43,377 nucleotides of DNA from an uncultured Candidatus Saccharibacteria bacterium. Lineage in GTDB: Bacteria; Patescibacteriota; Minisyncoccia; UBA11713; 2-01-FULL-45-33. Position numbers and translations under genes: made by a program. The notes under the pieces are model-generated. The model did not search any database, was not told the DNA's origin, and saw only the letters and a program-made list of their open reading frames with translations. Location: positions 1-43,377 of the forward strand of contig CAYRCJ010000001.1 of NCBI GenBank assembly GCA_964422785.1, in the 5' to 3' direction. The stretch's first letter is position 1, and the number at the start of each line of letters is the position of its first letter. Shown one piece after another: positions 40,466-43,377 of this stretch.

Positions 40466-43377
40466 CTATATCTGTTTAATATCCTCCGCGATTATAGAGG
40501 GGATGCCGTTTCGTTCGGAAAATTTGCCGCGGACGAGGACGCAGTTGTCATCGAAAATATGCGGAGCGCATTTCTCGAGTGTCCGCGGAAATACCACCGC
40601 TTCGATTTCATCGGTAAGATCTCCCAGTTTTAAAAACATCATCGGGTCGCCATTTTTGGTGAGAATTCTTCTCGACCCCATAACTATGGCGTTTAGAGTA
40701 AACATTGTTCCGGGCTTTTTGGATTTTATTAACTCTATTGTTACTTTATTTTTTACTTTTATTTTGCTTTGGAATTTGTCCAATGGATGCCCCGAAACAT
40801 AAAGACCTAAAAGTTCCTTTTCCCAGTTTAATTTTTCTTCAAGCGTAGCGGGCTTAATTTTTTCCAATTTAAGCTGAGGCACGGTTGATTTATCGCTCAT
40901 CACGCTGAAAAGCGACGACTGATTTTGAATTTTTGCCTGATGAAAATGTCTCACATAATCCAAGATTTTATCTATATTTTTCAAAACCTCCTGGCGTTCT
41001 CCAAATTCATCCAGGGCTCCCGCTTTGGCCAGGGCTTCTATGGATTTTTTGTTGAGATCGCGCGATTCAACTCTTTCCAAAAAATCCGCCAACGATAAAT
41101 ATGGGCCGTTTTTATCCCTTTCCTCTATCAGCGCCTGAACCACATTTTCTCCGACATTTTTTATTGAAAACAAACCGAAGCGTATTTCTTTTTTGGCGCC
41201 CGGCGGAGCGGAAAATCTTTTATCGCTGGAGTTAACCGTCGGCGGGAGGACTTCCAAGCCCAAGGCCTTGCACTCTTTTATCAAAAATGAAATTCTTTCC
41301 GTGTCTTTTCTGTCTCCGTTAAGAAGTGAGATCATAAATTCCAGCGGATAGTAATATTTTAAATAAGCGGTTTGAAATCCAAGCATGGCGTAGCAGGCCG
41401 CGTGGGAACGGTTAAATCCGTATCTGGCGAACGGCTCCAAAAGTTCTCCCAATTCTTCGGCAACATGTCCGGGGATTTTATTTGCAAGCATCCGGTCTAC
41501 GAATTTCTTTTTTTGTTCCTCAAGAAGGCTCCTGATTTTTTTGCCGATGGCTTTTCTCAAGATATCCGCCTCTGACATTGTAAATCCGGCCAGGTCTCTG
41601 GCGATTTGCATCAGCTGCTCCTGGTAAACCGCGATGCCGTATGTGTTTTTTAAAATCGGCTCAAGCTGCGGATGCAGATATTTGACCTCTTCCTTGCCGT
41701 GTTTCCGTAAAATAAAACTTGGAATAAGCTCCATCGGTCCCGGACGAAAAAGGGATATCATCGCGATGATGTCCTCGATGTTTGTGGGTTTTAATTCTTT
41801 CAGGTACCTGGTCATCCCCGTGCCTTCAAGTTGGAATATGCCGACTGTTTTACCTTCGGCCAGCATTTTGAACGGATGAGGATCTTCCAGATTTAAATTT
41901 TCGATATCAATTATTTTGTCATATTTTTCTTTGATCAGTTTCAGGGTCTCTTCAATAATACTCAGGTTTTTTAAACCCAAAAAATCCATTTTCAAAAGCC
42001 CCATTGTTAAAATCGCATGCATATCGTATTGGGTGACTATCGATTCTTTTTTGTATTCATCATCGCCGGCGCGGAGAGTCGCTCTTTGAAGCGGCACGGT
42101 ATTTGAAAGCGGATCTCTCGAGATAACTATTCCGGAAGCGTGTACGGATGCATGCCGCGCCACGCCTTCCAGCTTCATCGCCGAATCTATTATCTTTTTG
42201 GCGTCGGGGTTGGTGTCGTAGGCGGCTTTTAATTCCGGGACCGCCGCAAGACATTGGGCGAGGTAGCCCTCTTTTTCGTTTTGGTTCGGGTTGAACGGTA
42301 TTGTTTTGGAAAGTTGATCGCAAAGCGCCAGGCTCATTCCCAGGGCGCGCCCTGCGTCGCGTATGGCGGCGCGGGCCGCCATTGTTCCAAAAGTTATAAT
42401 CTGGGCCACGCGGTCCCGCCCGTATTTTTTGGCGACATATTCTATGACTTCATCCCGGCGGGTGTCCGCGAAATCAAGATCAATATCCGGAGGCTCAACC
42501 CTTTCCGGATTCAGGAATCTTTCAAAAATTAAATTGTATTTTATCGGATCGATGTTTGTAATTCCCAGGGCGTACGCGATCAATGATCCGGCCGCCGATC
42601 CTCTTCCGGGGCCCACAACGATGTTATTTTTTTTGGCCCAATTCACAAAATCAGAAACTATAAGAAAATACTCTGTAAAGCCGGTTTTTTTGATAACGGA
42701 TAATTCGTAATCAAGCCTTTTTTCTATATCAGAACTTATATTTTCACCGTATCTTTTCTTGAGCCCGCTTCTGCATAAAATTTGCAGATAAGAATCAACT
42801 GTTTCTCCTTCCGGAACTTCAAATTGCGGCAACTGAATTTTTCCGAGTTCCATTTCCAAGTTGCATTTCTCGGCTATCGCCAAAGTATTTTGCGCGGCCT
42901 CCGGAGCGTCTGCAAAAAGCGCCCGCATTTCTTCCGGGCTTCTGAAAGAATAATCATCGTCTTTCATCGTCAGCCTGTCTTCGTCGTCTAGCTTGGTGTT
43001 TGTTTGCACCGCCAGTAGTACATCCTGCGCTTCAGCGTCATCCTTTTTTAAGTAATGAATATCCTGCGTGCCCACCAGCGGAGTGTTTGTTTTTTTGGCG
43101 AACTCAATCAGTTTGGTGCGAAGTGCCGGATGCCCGGGTACGTTGGGATGAGTGCTTATTTCAATATAGAAATCCCCGTCATTAAAAATATCTTTGTATT
43201 CTCTCAACAATTTTTCCGCTTTTTCTTCGTCGCCCGAGATAAGCGCCCGGGGGATTTCTCCGGACATACATCCGGAAAGCCCGATCAGCCCGGCAGAATA
43301 TTTTTTTAGAGTTTGTTTGTCAATTCTTGGTTTATAATAAAATCCGTCCAAATGAGCGATGGTGACCAGCTTTACCA
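40466..43377 (-). CDS. dnaE: DNA polymerase III alpha subunit, N-terminus cut by the window edge
   Basis: The frame stays open to nt 43377 (..VKLVTIAHLDGFYYKPR..). Canonical blocks are present: PPDIDLDF, FGTMAARAAIRDAGRALG, GVARHASVHASGIVIS, RPGPM and a C-terminal OB-fold. Confidence 0.95.
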   Translation of the reverse strand, partial: VKLVTIAHLDGFYYKPRIDKQTLKKYSAGLIGLSGCMSGEIPRALISGDEEKAEKLLREYKDIFNDGDFYIEISTHPNVPGHPALRTKLIEFAKKTNTPLVGTQDIHYLKKDDAEAQDVLLAVQTNTKLDDEDRLTMKDDDYSFRSPEEMRALFADAPEAAQNTLAIAEKCNLEMELGKIQLPQFEVPEGETVDSYLQILCRSGLKKRYGENISSDIEKRLDYELSVIKKTGFTEYFLIVSDFVNWAKKNNIVVGPGRGSAAGSLIAYALGITNIDPIKYNLIFERFLNPERVEPPDIDLDFADTRRDEVIEYVAKKYGRDRVAQIITFGTMAARAAIRDAGRALGMSLALCDQLSKTIPFNPNQNEKEGYLAQCLAAVPELKAAYDTNPDAKKIIDSAMKLEGVARHASVHASGIVISRDPLSNTVPLQRATLRAGDDEYKKESIVTQYDMHAILTMGLLKMDFLGLKNLSIIEETLKLIKEKYDKIIDIENLNLEDPHPFKMLAEGKTVGIFQLEGTGMTRYLKELKPTNIEDIIAMISLFRPGPMELIPSFILRKHGKEEVKYLHPQLEPILKNTYGIAVYQEQLMQIARDLAGFTMSEADILRKAIGKKIRSLLEEQKKKFVDRMLANKIPGHVAEELGELLEPFARYGFNRSHAACYAMLGFQTAYLKYYYPLEFMISLLNGDRKDTERISFLIKECKALGLEVLPPTVNSSDKRFSAPPGAKKEIRFGLFSIKNVGENVVQALIEERDKNGPYLSLADFLERVESRDLNKKSIEALAKAGALDEFGERQEVLKNIDKILDYVRHFHQAKIQNQSSLFSVMSDKSTVPQLKLEKIKPATLEEKLNWEKELLGLYVSGHPLDKFQSKIKVKNKVTIELIKSKKPGTMFTLNAIVMGSRRILTKNGDPMMFLKLGDLTDEIEAVVFPRTLEKCAPHIFDDNCVLVRGKFSERNGIPSIIAEDIKQI

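Noticed and set aside
42341-42382. GC-rich tandem palindromes inside dnaE (cagggcgcgccctg, and atggcggc gcgg gccgccat), which look like the gatB and miaA hairpin modules.
   Set aside because: They encode the canonical conserved DnaE peptide MAARAAIRDAGRALG with no extra residues. Ala, Arg and Gly codons (GCN/CGN/GGC) are mutually complementary and generate palindromes by themselves, so this is not an insertion. The case serves as a caution for the short-hairpin finding.
1-43377. I looked for CRISPR arrays, tRNA/rRNA genes, integrases, transposases, prophage genes and stop-codon reassignment.
   Set aside because: No regularly spaced direct repeats were found. There is no tRNA T-arm/acceptor pattern; the only GGTTCGAATC, at ~7313, lies inside a CDS without tRNA context. 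I found no recombinase motifs. TGA, TAA and TAG all terminate well-supported genes, so the standard code 11 applies.

Overview
This is a compact, AT-rich bacterial window, roughly 40-45% GC by eye (not computed). It uses the standard code: TGA serves as a stop at 4087, 17700 and 29096. All domain calls come from reading motifs in the supplied translations; no search was run.

Confident housekeeping genes are secF, rpoB-rpoC, ftsK, efp, gatB, miaA, thrS and a dnaE truncated by the window edge. No rRNA, tRNA, CRISPR array, integrase or transposase was recognised. The rest is cell-envelope and accessory content:
- an LPNTG-anchored protein with an ice-binding-like domain, plus two sortases;
- a translationally coupled PAS / histidine kinase / two receivers / dockerin protein / cohesin protein module;
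- a 1256-aa candidate S-layer protein with a peptidoglycan-binding domain;
- orphan secreted and small membrane proteins.

The gene content (monoderm-style sortase display, ThrRS without a TGS domain, rpoBC without rplKAJL upstream, tiny intergenic regions) suggests a small-genome Patescibacteria/CPR-like organism. That assignment is inference only.

The items most worth a second look are:
1. An apparently independent ~300-nt noncoding locus at 36359-36718. It has a perfect TTGACA-16-TATAAT promoter, a 67% GC rod-like hairpin and its own terminator, and I cannot assign it to a known RNA family.
2. A 135-bp element flanked by inverted repeats (57% GC) inserted in frame in miaA.
3. The two-component module without a DNA-binding output, coupled to an adjacent cohesin/dockerin pair.
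4. A coupled pair of an HExxH secreted protein and a lipoprotein, wedged between rpoC and ftsK.
5. Several genes with a -10 box 5-10 nt from the ATG and no Shine-Dalgarno, which suggests leaderless mRNAs.
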